NCBI GenBank assembly: GCA_041752695.1
Contig: JBGSVZ010000016.1
Coordinates: 9,222-73,221 of the forward strand
Source of the DNA: Terrimicrobiaceae bacterium
GTDB taxonomy: Bacteria; Verrucomicrobiota; Verrucomicrobiia; Chthoniobacterales; Terrimicrobiaceae
Direction: 5' to 3'
DNA length: 64,000 nt
This document shows positions 1-8,910 of this stretch, piece after piece; positions within the stretch are counted from its first letter, which is position 1, and each line of letters starts with the position of its first letter. Below the pieces are notes generated by a model. It had not been told where the DNA came from. It made no database searches and saw nothing but the letters and a program-made list of their open reading frames with translations. The translations under genes and the position numbers were made by a program.

Positions 1-2
1 AT

Positions 3-1514
3 GGGAGTGCCACCAATGGTTTCCAGGGACTTTCCCGGGGCCCTCGCGTCACGGAGATCGGCGTCTGGTATGGGACAAATTCGGGAGCCGCTTTCACGCC
101 TTCTTCCCCAGGGGGAGTAAATGTCAGTCAGCCCATTTCCGCCGGTGCGCCCTATTACCTCTTTAAGGTCGAAGTATTTTTGCCGCCCAATTACGGGCTG
201 GCTTCTTACGATCTAGCGAATGTTTACCTTGGGATAACTGTGCCAGGGACGACCAGGTGGGTGCCTAACTACAGTGCCGTAACCCCTCCCAATTACGGCA
301 GCGACTCGCATAAAATTTACGCAGGGGAGATGAGTGGCGGGACGACCCTCCTGACGGCGGGCAATTACGCTGTCATTTCCCGGGCTGTGGGACTCGGAAC
401 GAATGCGCCGCCTTCTCCCGTTCCGGCCACCACAGGAGCCGGAAGCAAAGTCTATCTTTCCGGAGGGAACTTTAACACGGTATTGCAACTGGCTCCCGCC
501 AACAGCGGTCTTACGAACGGCATTCCGATCGAGACCGGCGCAGTGGCCACCATGAAATCGCTCGAGGTGGACGACCCTCGATTGAACCAGCATCCGGGCG
601 ACTGGGTGCCAGTCCCGGGAAACTCTTTTGGCAGCAGAAATTCTCGCTGGTCCGCGGGAAATCCTCCGCCCCTGATCGTGCCCGAGGTCGATACCGACGG
701 AGGTGTGGTGAGCGATGCAAGCCTCTACATGCCTCCACCCAAAGGATCCACCTTCACGCGGACAGATGGAACCATTGATGACAATACCAGAGGCCAGATC
801 ATGTCTGTGGGAGAACTTGGGTACATTCATACCGGCGCGGAACCGTGCGCCGTGTTTGGCGCCACTCCCATCCCTCCGGGGGTTCCCTGGCGAACGCTCC
901 GTCTTCAACCCTCTGCTTCCGGAACCAACGTCGTTCCCGATTGGGCCATCATGGATCTCTTTACCGCCCCCGTGGCCGCGCCGAACCCATACAACAAATA
1001 CGTCTATGCGCCACACGACACGGGGTTCGGGGGCCGGGTGAATCTCAATTCCTCTCCGGAACCCTTCAGTCTCACTCGCACGTCTCCCCTGGCTGCTGTC
1101 TTGCAGAATAATACCTATGATTCCACAGACTTCACGCGAAAGCTGGGTGCCGGACCGGCGCGGGACATCGCGGATAATATTTTTAACCGGACGCTCGCCA
1201 CAACCTCTCCCCTAGGCAAACAATACGGCTACGCAGGTGGTTACGATTCCCCCGGTGAGGTTGTCGAAGTGAAGGGGATTGCCGACGGCGGGGAAAAAAG
1301 CGAGGAACTCGTCCGGCAGATCATGAACCTCGTCACGACGAGGGGCAATGTCTTCAGCGTGTACACGATTGGACAGGCAATTAAACAGGCACCGGATGGC
1401 AGGCTCATTGTGACTGCCCAGCAGAGAGCACAGGCCATGATCGAACGTTATGTCGATCCCGCCAACAACTCGGTGCGCTTTTCCCCAGTTTACTTCCGCA
1501 ATCTGTCCCCGTGA
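3..1514 (+). CDS. Verru_Chthon cassette protein A-like (pilin-cassette large subunit), 5'-truncated by window edge
   Basis: Frame is open from base 3 (GSATNGFQGLSRGPRVTEIG...). C-terminus PWRTL...PDWAIMDLF...GRVNLN...TTRGNVFSVYTIGQ...AMIERYVDP matches the recalled C-terminal signature of Verru_Chthon A. Confidence 0.75.
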   Translation, partial: GSATNGFQGLSRGPRVTEIGVWYGTNSGAAFTPSSPGGVNVSQPISAGAPYYLFKVEVFLPPNYGLASYDLANVYLGITVPGTTRWVPNYSAVTPPNYGSDSHKIYAGEMSGGTTLLTAGNYAVISRAVGLGTNAPPSPVPATTGAGSKVYLSGGNFNTVLQLAPANSGLTNGIPIETGAVATMKSLEVDDPRLNQHPGDWVPVPGNSFGSRNSRWSAGNPPPLIVPEVDTDGGVVSDASLYMPPPKGSTFTRTDGTIDDNTRGQIMSVGELGYIHTGAEPCAVFGATPIPPGVPWRTLRLQPSASGTNVVPDWAIMDLFTAPVAAPNPYNKYVYAPHDTGFGGRVNLNSSPEPFSLTRTSPLAAVLQNNTYDSTDFTRKLGAGPARDIADNIFNRTLATTSPLGKQYGYAGGYDSPGEVVEVKGIADGGEKSEELVRQIMNLVTTRGNVFSVYTIGQAIKQAPDGRLIVTAQQRAQAMIERYVDPANNSVRFSPVYFRNLSP

Positions 1515-1576
1515 ACGAAGGACGCTCGCGAACCATATTTCCGTAGTCTTCGTGTCCGCGGGCAAAATGACTATTT

Positions 1577-3520
1577 ATGAAGCCTCAATTGTCGAAAATA
1601 ATCGCCACCCTACTATTGGGCGTCGCCTGGGCGGTCATATCGGTGGGCGGCGTGTCCGCGCAGTCTGAGGGTGAGGCCGCGCCGCGGGTGCTCTTTGATC
1701 CTGTTGCAACGGGAGCCGCGGAACGGCTTAAACCGTCGAACGAAACGGTGAGTGCGACGGCCGTGGGCGACGGGCTGGACGTGGTGATCGAACCAGGTCC
1801 TACGGGGTTTCCGGGAATCAACATTTTGCCCCCGGAAGGAGGGAAGTGGGATCTCTCCGCCTACTCCCGAATCGAGACGACGTTGACCAACACAAGCAAC
1901 CGGCGGATGCGGCTCATGGTGAGGGTCGACAGTGACGACCCGACGGAGACGACGCCCTACCAGACCGAGTATGTCGCATTGGATCCGGGCGAGAGTAAGC
2001 CGATCAAAGTCTACTTCGGCTACACCGCCGGACAGCCGGGTTACAAATCAAAACCCGAGGCCATCACCAAGCTGCTCTTTTTTGCGGGCAAATGTGAATC
2101 CCAGACCACCTTCCATATTGGCCCGATCGTGGCTGCCGGTTTCTCAGGCGAGGCTCCTCCCGCTGACCCTGATACCCTGCGGGTCACCCCCTTGAATGGC
2201 ACGCTCCTTGGTCCCGGCATTCCGCTCGACGCCCAAAAGCAAATCCTCGCAAAGAACGGGGCGGAGGCAACGATCGATGGCTCTGCCGTCCAGGTGAATT
2301 TTTTGGGCGGTGCGGCGGAATCCGCCACCTTCAAGCCGCCGTCAGGTGGATGGTCTCTGGTGGATTACGTTCTCGTTCGGGTGAAAATCAAAAACGTGGG
2401 AGATGTGGGAGTGACTCCGAGGGTTCGACTGGACAGCAAAGGAGGACCGACCGATGTGGTCGCCCTGGAATCAGAGATTTCCCCCGACGCTGAGGGGGAG
2501 GTCGTGATCCCCTTTGCGGCGGCCCTCCCCGTGCAGATAGAGATGGCGCAGGAAAAGGCGAGAGTGGTCGCGGGCACGGGCACCTCGTTCACCAGCAACT
2601 TCGTTAGCGGAGTAACCCTTCTCCCCGGCTTGGACTCCCCCAGGTCCAACCTGGTTGTGACAGCGATTCGGGCGGAGTCACCCGTCGCAGAGCTACCGTC
2701 GTGGCTCGGACAAAAACCGCCAGTGGAGGGCGACTGGGTCCAGACGCTTAACGAGAACTTTGACGTTGGGACGATCGATCTGACCAAGTGGAGTGTTTAT
2801 GCGGACAATTACTGGGACAAACGATGCCATTTCAGCAAAGACAATGTTCTCCTCGACAGCGGGAAGGTGTTGCTGCGTTTTGAAAAGAAGACTGGGTTTC
2901 ATAACGACGATCCGAATGACACCAAGACGGTTGGAAAAACCAACTACGCGACAGGGTTTCTCGATGGCCGCGGCAAATGGACCCAGCGGTACGGATACTT
3001 TGAATCCCGGATGAAGTTGCCAAAAGCTCCCGGCCTCTGGCCGGCATTCTGGCTGATGCCAGACCGCGGCAAGGATTCCGGTCCAGGCCGGCACACGACC
3101 AAGTTTGGCGGCATGGAATTTGACATCGTGGAGTTCCTTTCGGGTTGGGGGCCGCATTGTTACAACATCGCGATGCATTGGGATGGGTATTATTCCGAGC
3201 ACAGGACCGTTGGCGTTGGCACCAATTATGTGCAGACCGATGCGGAGGGATATATCACGGGCGGGCTGCTCTGGACGCCTGGGCTGGCGGTCTTTTACGC
3301 GAACGGCAAGGAATTCTTGCGCTGGGAGAACCCTCGCATCGCGGATGTGCAAAGCTACATTCTTTTCACGGCGGTCTCCGGTGGGTGGGACAATCTGCCG
3401 TTGGATGACATCACTCTGCCCTCAGACTTCATCATTGATTATGTGAGGGTCTGGCAACGCAAGGACCTCGCCAGCGATGAGGATGGTCCGAAACCTAATA
3501 ACGCGACCCTCAAAAACTAG
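1577..3520 (+). CDS. Secreted GH16 glycoside hydrolase with two N-terminal CBM-like domains
   Basis: Signal peptide; QRYGYFESRMKLP, WPAFWLM, catalytic ExDxxE (MEFDIVE), IDYVRVWQ. Confidence 0.9.
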   Translation: MKPQLSKIIATLLLGVAWAVISVGGVSAQSEGEAAPRVLFDPVATGAAERLKPSNETVSATAVGDGLDVVIEPGPTGFPGINILPPEGGKWDLSAYSRIETTLTNTSNRRMRLMVRVDSDDPTETTPYQTEYVALDPGESKPIKVYFGYTAGQPGYKSKPEAITKLLFFAGKCESQTTFHIGPIVAAGFSGEAPPADPDTLRVTPLNGTLLGPGIPLDAQKQILAKNGAEATIDGSAVQVNFLGGAAESATFKPPSGGWSLVDYVLVRVKIKNVGDVGVTPRVRLDSKGGPTDVVALESEISPDAEGEVVIPFAAALPVQIEMAQEKARVVAGTGTSFTSNFVSGVTLLPGLDSPRSNLVVTAIRAESPVAELPSWLGQKPPVEGDWVQTLNENFDVGTIDLTKWSVYADNYWDKRCHFSKDNVLLDSGKVLLRFEKKTGFHNDDPNDTKTVGKTNYATGFLDGRGKWTQRYGYFESRMKLPKAPGLWPAFWLMPDRGKDSGPGRHTTKFGGMEFDIVEFLSGWGPHCYNIAMHWDGYYSEHRTVGVGTNYVQTDAEGYITGGLLWTPGLAVFYANGKEFLRWENPRIADVQSYILFTAVSGGWDNLPLDDITLPSDFIIDYVRVWQRKDLASDEDGPKPNNATLKN

Positions 3521-3522
3521 CC

Positions 3523-4677
3523 ATGTTCTTGAATTCCTCAGCAGATTTCCAATCAGGGTTTCCGCCGGACAAACGAAAATTTGTCACGCTTCTAGCCGCG
3601 ATGTTTTGCTTTTTGGCATCGCTGGTGACAGCTCTTGCGGCGACTCCATCCGTCATTGCGGCTACGTCCGCTGACGGTCAGATCAGGTTCTTCGGGAGGA
3701 CTCTCCCGGTGGGTAAGGCGATCGCCTTTGACTGGAGTGGAGCCGGGTTCGAGTTTGAGGCTGAATGCGAAGGCAGGGTCACGGCCTCGATCACGGGGTC
3801 TGCAGGCTGGCAGAAAGTCGGCTTCGTCCAGGTAATGGTGGATGGCGTTGCTGGAGAGCGGCTGGCGGTCGAACCTGGCACACGGGATTACATCTTGGCG
3901 GACGCGCTCCCGAAGGGTCGCCACACCATCAAGGTTACCAAACTCAATGAGGCGCAATACTCGAAAATGGCTTTGGAGAGCCTTTCTGTAGCTGGTCATC
4001 TTCTCGCCGCGCCAGCTGCGCCCGTTCTCAAAATGGAGTTTATTGGCGACTCCATCTCCTGTGCCGAAGGGGCCCTCGGGAAGATGCCTGCGGTGCCGCA
4101 GGGCGAGAGCCAGGACGCGACACGCAGCTACGCGGGCCTGACAGTGCGGTCCCTTGGGGCCGATGCCAACATCGTGGCCGCCTCGAGCTGGGGACTCCAC
4201 CGGGGACGAATTGCCCCCGAAGAAAAATCGGTTCTTCCGGCAATTTTCGAACAGGCCTCGAAATTCCGCGATCCTTCCGTGCCTTGGGATTTCACCCGCT
4301 ACAAGCCCGATTGTGTGGTGGTGAACCTTGGAACTAATGATTTTTCGGTGCGCAAGAAGTCTCCGTTCACGGACGAGGACTACCAAGCGGCCGTCGAGCA
4401 GTTTCATGCGGTTCTCCGTGGGAAATATCCTGCAGCACAAATCGTCTGGGTGACCGGGATGATGATGCCGGATGCCGATGAGGCGACTTCGGCTGCAGTC
4501 GATAAGATCCGTAAGTCCGATCCAAAAGTCCATTTCCTCAGACTCCCCGAGAACAATAAGGGAGGCAACGGGCATCCTGATCTTGAAGGGCATCAGAAAG
4601 CGGCAGATGTCCTCACGGAAAAAATCCGTGAGGTTCTTCCCAATCTGGTGCCCCCGACCAAGACGACAGGCTTCTAA
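3523..4677 (+). CDS. SGNH/GDSL carbohydrate esterase, CE2-like
   Basis: Hydrophobic leader, N-terminal beta-sandwich (FDWSG), FIGDSIS, NLGTND, C-terminal GHP lacking DxxH as in CE2. Confidence 0.85.
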   Translation: MFLNSSADFQSGFPPDKRKFVTLLAAMFCFLASLVTALAATPSVIAATSADGQIRFFGRTLPVGKAIAFDWSGAGFEFEAECEGRVTASITGSAGWQKVGFVQVMVDGVAGERLAVEPGTRDYILADALPKGRHTIKVTKLNEAQYSKMALESLSVAGHLLAAPAAPVLKMEFIGDSISCAEGALGKMPAVPQGESQDATRSYAGLTVRSLGADANIVAASSWGLHRGRIAPEEKSVLPAIFEQASKFRDPSVPWDFTRYKPDCVVVNLGTNDFSVRKKSPFTDEDYQAAVEQFHAVLRGKYPAAQIVWVTGMMMPDADEATSAAVDKIRKSDPKVHFLRLPENNKGGNGHPDLEGHQKAADVLTEKIREVLPNLVPPTKTTGF

Positions 4678-4745
4678 GTTACAGTCCGCTCTCGGAGATG
4701 GGTTCGTCTCTCCTCACCCCAAATCTGTCGGCTCGAGATAGAGAT

Positions 4746-5813
4746 CTACGAGGCCCACGGCATGGGCTCCGGGGTTGGGTAGGAGGAAATAATGTCAACG
4801 GGTCTCTCCGTTCGGGCCGAGGTGTGAATGGCCTCGATCACTTCCACGACGTGCTGCGCCATGCGGGCGGCGCAGCGGTGCGGGCGATCCTCCAGAATCG
4901 CCTCCGCGAGTTCCTCGACACCCCTCGCAAACTCCACGCCTGCGAAACCCGTTCGAACCAACGGAACAGGATCGAAGGTGCCGCCAAATTCGGCGAACTC
5001 GACGGAGGCGTCGAACATATAACTGCTTCCGAGATAAGCCGATCCGACGTCGCCATGAAACTCCATGGTCGCGTCCTGTTTCGAGGGTTTCACATAAAAA
5101 TTGGTGGTCAACCGGCCTAGAGCCCCGCTCTCAAAATCGATCAAGGCCGTGTAAAAATCAGGGGTGGCGAGGGTGAACGCTTCGCCGGCCTTCGTTCGCC
5201 GATCCGCCAGCAAACGGCGTCCCACGGCCGTGACTCTGCGCATCGGACCGCAGAGTGCCGCCCACACCCCGAGCGGATACACTGCCACGTCCCAGACCGG
5301 GCCAAGGTCATAGAAAGGCGAGGGATTGGGATGCCAGGATTCGATGCGGCCGTGGTTGATTTCAGCGTAGAGAGCGCGGAGCGTTCCGGTTTTTCCCGAG
5401 CGCAGGAGGCGGGCCAGGGTTTGCACAGGCTCGCCCAGGAAGGTTGAGGGGGCGCTGCTCAGTCGGAGGCCTTTGGCTTCGGCCAGTTCGACAAGGGCGC
5501 GTGCCTCGGCGGCCGACGTGGCGAGGGGCTTTTCCGAGTGGACGTGTTTGCCCGCTTCCAGGCTCCGCGTGATGACCTCTACATGGGCATGGTGAATGGT
5601 GAGATTGACGATCAGTTGGATGGTGTCGTCGGCGAGGACTTCATCGAGAGACCCGTATGCTTTGCCACCGTGTTTGTCGGCGAACTCCAGGGCGCGCTCG
5701 GGCCTGAGGTCGCTGAACCCGGCCAATTCGATGGTATGGTATTTGCTGATCTGTTCCGCGTAGGCGGCGGCAATGTTTCCGCACCCGACAATGACGGTTT
5801 TCAGTGTTTTCAT
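4746..5813 (-). CDS. Gfo/Idh/MocA family oxidoreductase
   Basis: Start reassigned to MKTLKTVIVGCGNIA (ATG 5813); Rossmann motif, AGKHVHSEKPLA, DVAVY. Confidence 0.9.
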   Translation of the reverse strand: MKTLKTVIVGCGNIAAAYAEQISKYHTIELAGFSDLRPERALEFADKHGGKAYGSLDEVLADDTIQLIVNLTIHHAHVEVITRSLEAGKHVHSEKPLATSAAEARALVELAEAKGLRLSSAPSTFLGEPVQTLARLLRSGKTGTLRALYAEINHGRIESWHPNPSPFYDLGPVWDVAVYPLGVWAALCGPMRRVTAVGRRLLADRRTKAGEAFTLATPDFYTALIDFESGALGRLTTNFYVKPSKQDATMEFHGDVGSAYLGSSYMFDASVEFAEFGGTFDPVPLVRTGFAGVEFARGVEELAEAILEDRPHRCAARMAQHVVEVIEAIHTSARTERPVDIISSYPTPEPMPWAS

Positions 5814-5821
5814 GGATATGC

Positions 5822-6694
5822 TTATTGGCCGAGCCAGTTTCGGAGCCGGGAATATCCCAAACGGATGTCTTCCAGGGGATTGTGATCTTCCGGCTCGTGC
5901 TCGATAGAAATGCCGCCGGTGTAGCCGATTTCCTGCAATGCGGTGACACACGCCTCGATTCCCACAACGCCCTCGCCGAGCGCACAGGTTTCGTGGCCCA
6001 TGTCCTTGAGCGTCGGATTTGTCGGGGTGGCCACCCTAATATCGTGGTGATCGCTGCTGCGGTGCGGGGCATAAATGTCTTTGAGATGCACGTGGATGAG
6101 CCGGTCACCGAGTTGTCGAATTGCGTCGGGAGCACTCGTGCCATAGGTGCCGAACCAGCCGGTGTCGATCGTGACGCCGATGCGTCCGCCGCAGGCCGGA
6201 CCGATTTGGGAAAGCAACTCTGCGGCATCCTTCTCGGGGTGGTTCTCATAGCCAAAAACCAGGTCGTGTTTTTCCAGGGCGGCGAGAAGTTCCCCGCGCT
6301 GATTGTGCAAAATTTCTGGCGAACACCCCCCGCCGAGGATTTTTGTGCCCAGGGCCCGGGCGATTTTTGAGATCGGCTCAAGCTTGTTCAGATCATCCGG
6401 GATGCCAATGGCGAGGCTGGTGACCGAAAGGCCGCGCTTGTTAAGGATTGCGGCGGCCTCTGCGATCTGGCGTGGTGTGGCCCAGTCGGGGTTGAGATGC
6501 GCCACCCAGAGGTCAATCGCAGAAAATCCGATCGGGGTAATCTCACCGAGCATCGTGTCGAAGCGCCCGGCAAAGGATTCTTCAGGCTGGAATTAGCGGG
6601 TGACGGCCTGATCGCCCTCCCACCATCCTTTTGTCATGGAATAGCCGATTTCGCGCGCTACGAAATTCGCGGTCATGAAAGGGAGAGTATTCAT
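5822..6694 (-). pseudogene. Sugar phosphate isomerase/epimerase (xylose-isomerase-like TIM barrel) interrupted by in-frame TAA at 6593-6595
   Basis: Reads MNTLPFMTANFVAREIGYSMTKGWWEGDQAVTR*FQPEESFAGRFDTMLGEI in one frame; downstream ENH, DTGW, HVHLKD, SIEHE motifs intact. Confidence 0.7.
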
Positions 6695-6845
6695 CGCGTG
6701 GAATACTCTTACATACGGCCTTTAAAAATTCACGATTTCTGGCGGGGGGTCAGGGAATCACACAAGCACAGTCAGCAGACGACTACCCTTCGGCGGAGTG
6801 CAGCGCTAATGCTATCGGCTCATTCCCCGAATCTTTCTCCCTATC

Positions 6846-8894
6846 ATGCCTGTAAGAACACCCAGCCTCCGCGTTGCTGCGTACTTAGCCTTCACTCTTG
6901 GCCTCCTCCCCGCGTCAGCCCAGCAGTCTCCTGTGCCTGTCAATGCCGTGGGAGGACCCAAGGTTCTCTTTGATCCCGGGGCCCCCGACGCCGCGAGCCA
7001 GGTGGGCATCAACGGTGGACCCGAGGGCGGAGCCTCCTTTGAGGTTAATCGCAACGGAATCGATGTGACCGTCCAGCCCAACGGAAAGTCTGGCTTCCCC
7101 GGTGTGATAATCACGCCGCCCAAGCCATGGGATGCCAGCGGATTCGGTCATGTCGAGGTAAGGATCTCCAATAATGGCACCAAGCTCTTCCGTGCCAACC
7201 TGCGCCTCGACAACGAGGGGCCTTGGCAGGAGAATCGCTGGAGCGCGAACATTCAAACCATCAAACCTGGGGAGAGTGCAGTCGTTTCGACAATTTTCGG
7301 ATATCAATACGGGAAAGCTGGCTATGCGCTGAAGCCGGAGGCCATCAGCAGCGCGACCATCTTCATCGGAAAATCCGACGTCGAGCAGAAGATGCGCATT
7401 GAGTCCCTGATTGCGGCCGGCCCCGCGGGTGAAAAGCCCTATGTGGATCCTAACACGGTCGCAGTTAAGCCTCCCGGCGGTGTCATTTTTGATGCCTCCA
7501 CCCCGGTCGATGCCGCGAAACAGTTGGTGGCGCGTGGTGCCAAGGCTGGGACAGGGCCGGACGGGAGGTCCCTCCAGATCGAAATTCCTGCCGGTGTGTC
7601 CAATGCCTCGGTCCTTTTCCGGCCCGCATCCGGCATGTGGAATTTGAATCAACATCTGCAAGTGCGCGTCCGGCTGAAAAACACCGGTCCGTCCGACATT
7701 ACCCCCGCGGTGCGTTTGGAGAGCCGGGGCAACGGTGTTTCGGACACCATCGCCGCCCAGTCCCCGATCAAACCTGGAACCGAGGGGGAGATTGTGGTGC
7801 TGTTTGCTGCTGCCGTTCCCTGGAAGATCCCGGTGATAGAGCCGGACCAGAGTAACTATGATTTGAAGAAGGAATGGGCTGAGAATGTTCCCGGTACTGG
7901 CACGACTTACAAAAGCAATGTGACCTCGGGCATTGCGTTTCTTCCAGGCAGCGGCCCGCAGAATTTTATCGTCACTTCGATTGTCGCCGACATGCCGCCG
8001 CGGCCTGAGTTGCCCGCATGGCTGGGGAAGAAGCCGCCGGTGGATGGTGACTGGGTGCAGACTTTGGATGAAAATTTCGACGGGGACACTATCAATTCCA
8101 AACTCTGGAACATCTACACGGAGAAGGAATGGCACCTTGGCGCACAGACCCATTATTCGAAAGACAACGTGATCGTGAAGGACGGGAAACTTTCCCTTCG
8201 GGTGGAGAAAAAACGCGGTCACCACAACGATAATCCGGATTACGTCGCCAATGATTATGCCACCGGGTATGCCGACACCTTTGGGAAATGGACACAAAGA
8301 TACGGGTATTTTGAGGCGAGACTGAAGATGCCCGCGGCACCGAGCATGTTTCCCGCCTTCTGGCTCATGCCGGACCGTGGAATAGACACCCCGGCCGGCC
8401 AATGGGGAAAAGCCGCCGAGCGCACCAGCACCAAGGATGGCGGGATGGAGTTTGATATCATGGAGACGCTTTCGATCTGGGGGCCAAACCGACACGACTT
8501 TGGCATGCATTGGGATGGCTATATGAAACACCACAAATCCACCGGCATGTTCACGGCTTACGTGCAGCCGGATCAGGACGGTTTCATCACGGTTGGCATG
8601 CTTTGGACCCCAAGTCTGGTGATCATGTATGACAACGGTAAAGAGGCGGCGCGCTGGGAAAGCCCGCGGATTGCCAATACTCAGGAATACATCATTCTGA
8701 CCATGCTGACCGGTGGGTGGGAATCCGAACCGATGGATGACGCCCAACTTCCTTCGGACTTTGTCCTCGACTACATCCGCGTCTGGCAACGCAAAGATCT
8801 GGCCTCGCCGGAAGACGGTCCCAAACCCAATGAGGGCGGCCCTCTGGCACCCGGCATTACGCAGGAAGTTCCTGCTGCGAAGGCAAACCCCTGA
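6846..8894 (+). CDS. Secreted GH16 glycoside hydrolase, paralog of 1577-3520
   Basis: Signal peptide; same architecture; MEFDIME; shared tail VWQRKDLASxEDGPKPN. Confidence 0.9.
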   Translation: MPVRTPSLRVAAYLAFTLGLLPASAQQSPVPVNAVGGPKVLFDPGAPDAASQVGINGGPEGGASFEVNRNGIDVTVQPNGKSGFPGVIITPPKPWDASGFGHVEVRISNNGTKLFRANLRLDNEGPWQENRWSANIQTIKPGESAVVSTIFGYQYGKAGYALKPEAISSATIFIGKSDVEQKMRIESLIAAGPAGEKPYVDPNTVAVKPPGGVIFDASTPVDAAKQLVARGAKAGTGPDGRSLQIEIPAGVSNASVLFRPASGMWNLNQHLQVRVRLKNTGPSDITPAVRLESRGNGVSDTIAAQSPIKPGTEGEIVVLFAAAVPWKIPVIEPDQSNYDLKKEWAENVPGTGTTYKSNVTSGIAFLPGSGPQNFIVTSIVADMPPRPELPAWLGKKPPVDGDWVQTLDENFDGDTINSKLWNIYTEKEWHLGAQTHYSKDNVIVKDGKLSLRVEKKRGHHNDNPDYVANDYATGYADTFGKWTQRYGYFEARLKMPAAPSMFPAFWLMPDRGIDTPAGQWGKAAERTSTKDGGMEFDIMETLSIWGPNRHDFGMHWDGYMKHHKSTGMFTAYVQPDQDGFITVGMLWTPSLVIMYDNGKEAARWESPRIANTQEYIILTMLTGGWESEPMDDAQLPSDFVLDYIRVWQRKDLASPEDGPKPNEGGPLAPGITQEVPAAKANP

Positions 8895-8910
8895 ACTCTT
8901 GTCCAAAATA

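Noticed and set aside
6915..8906. 663-aa minus-strand ORF
   Set aside because: Shadow of the GH16 gene.
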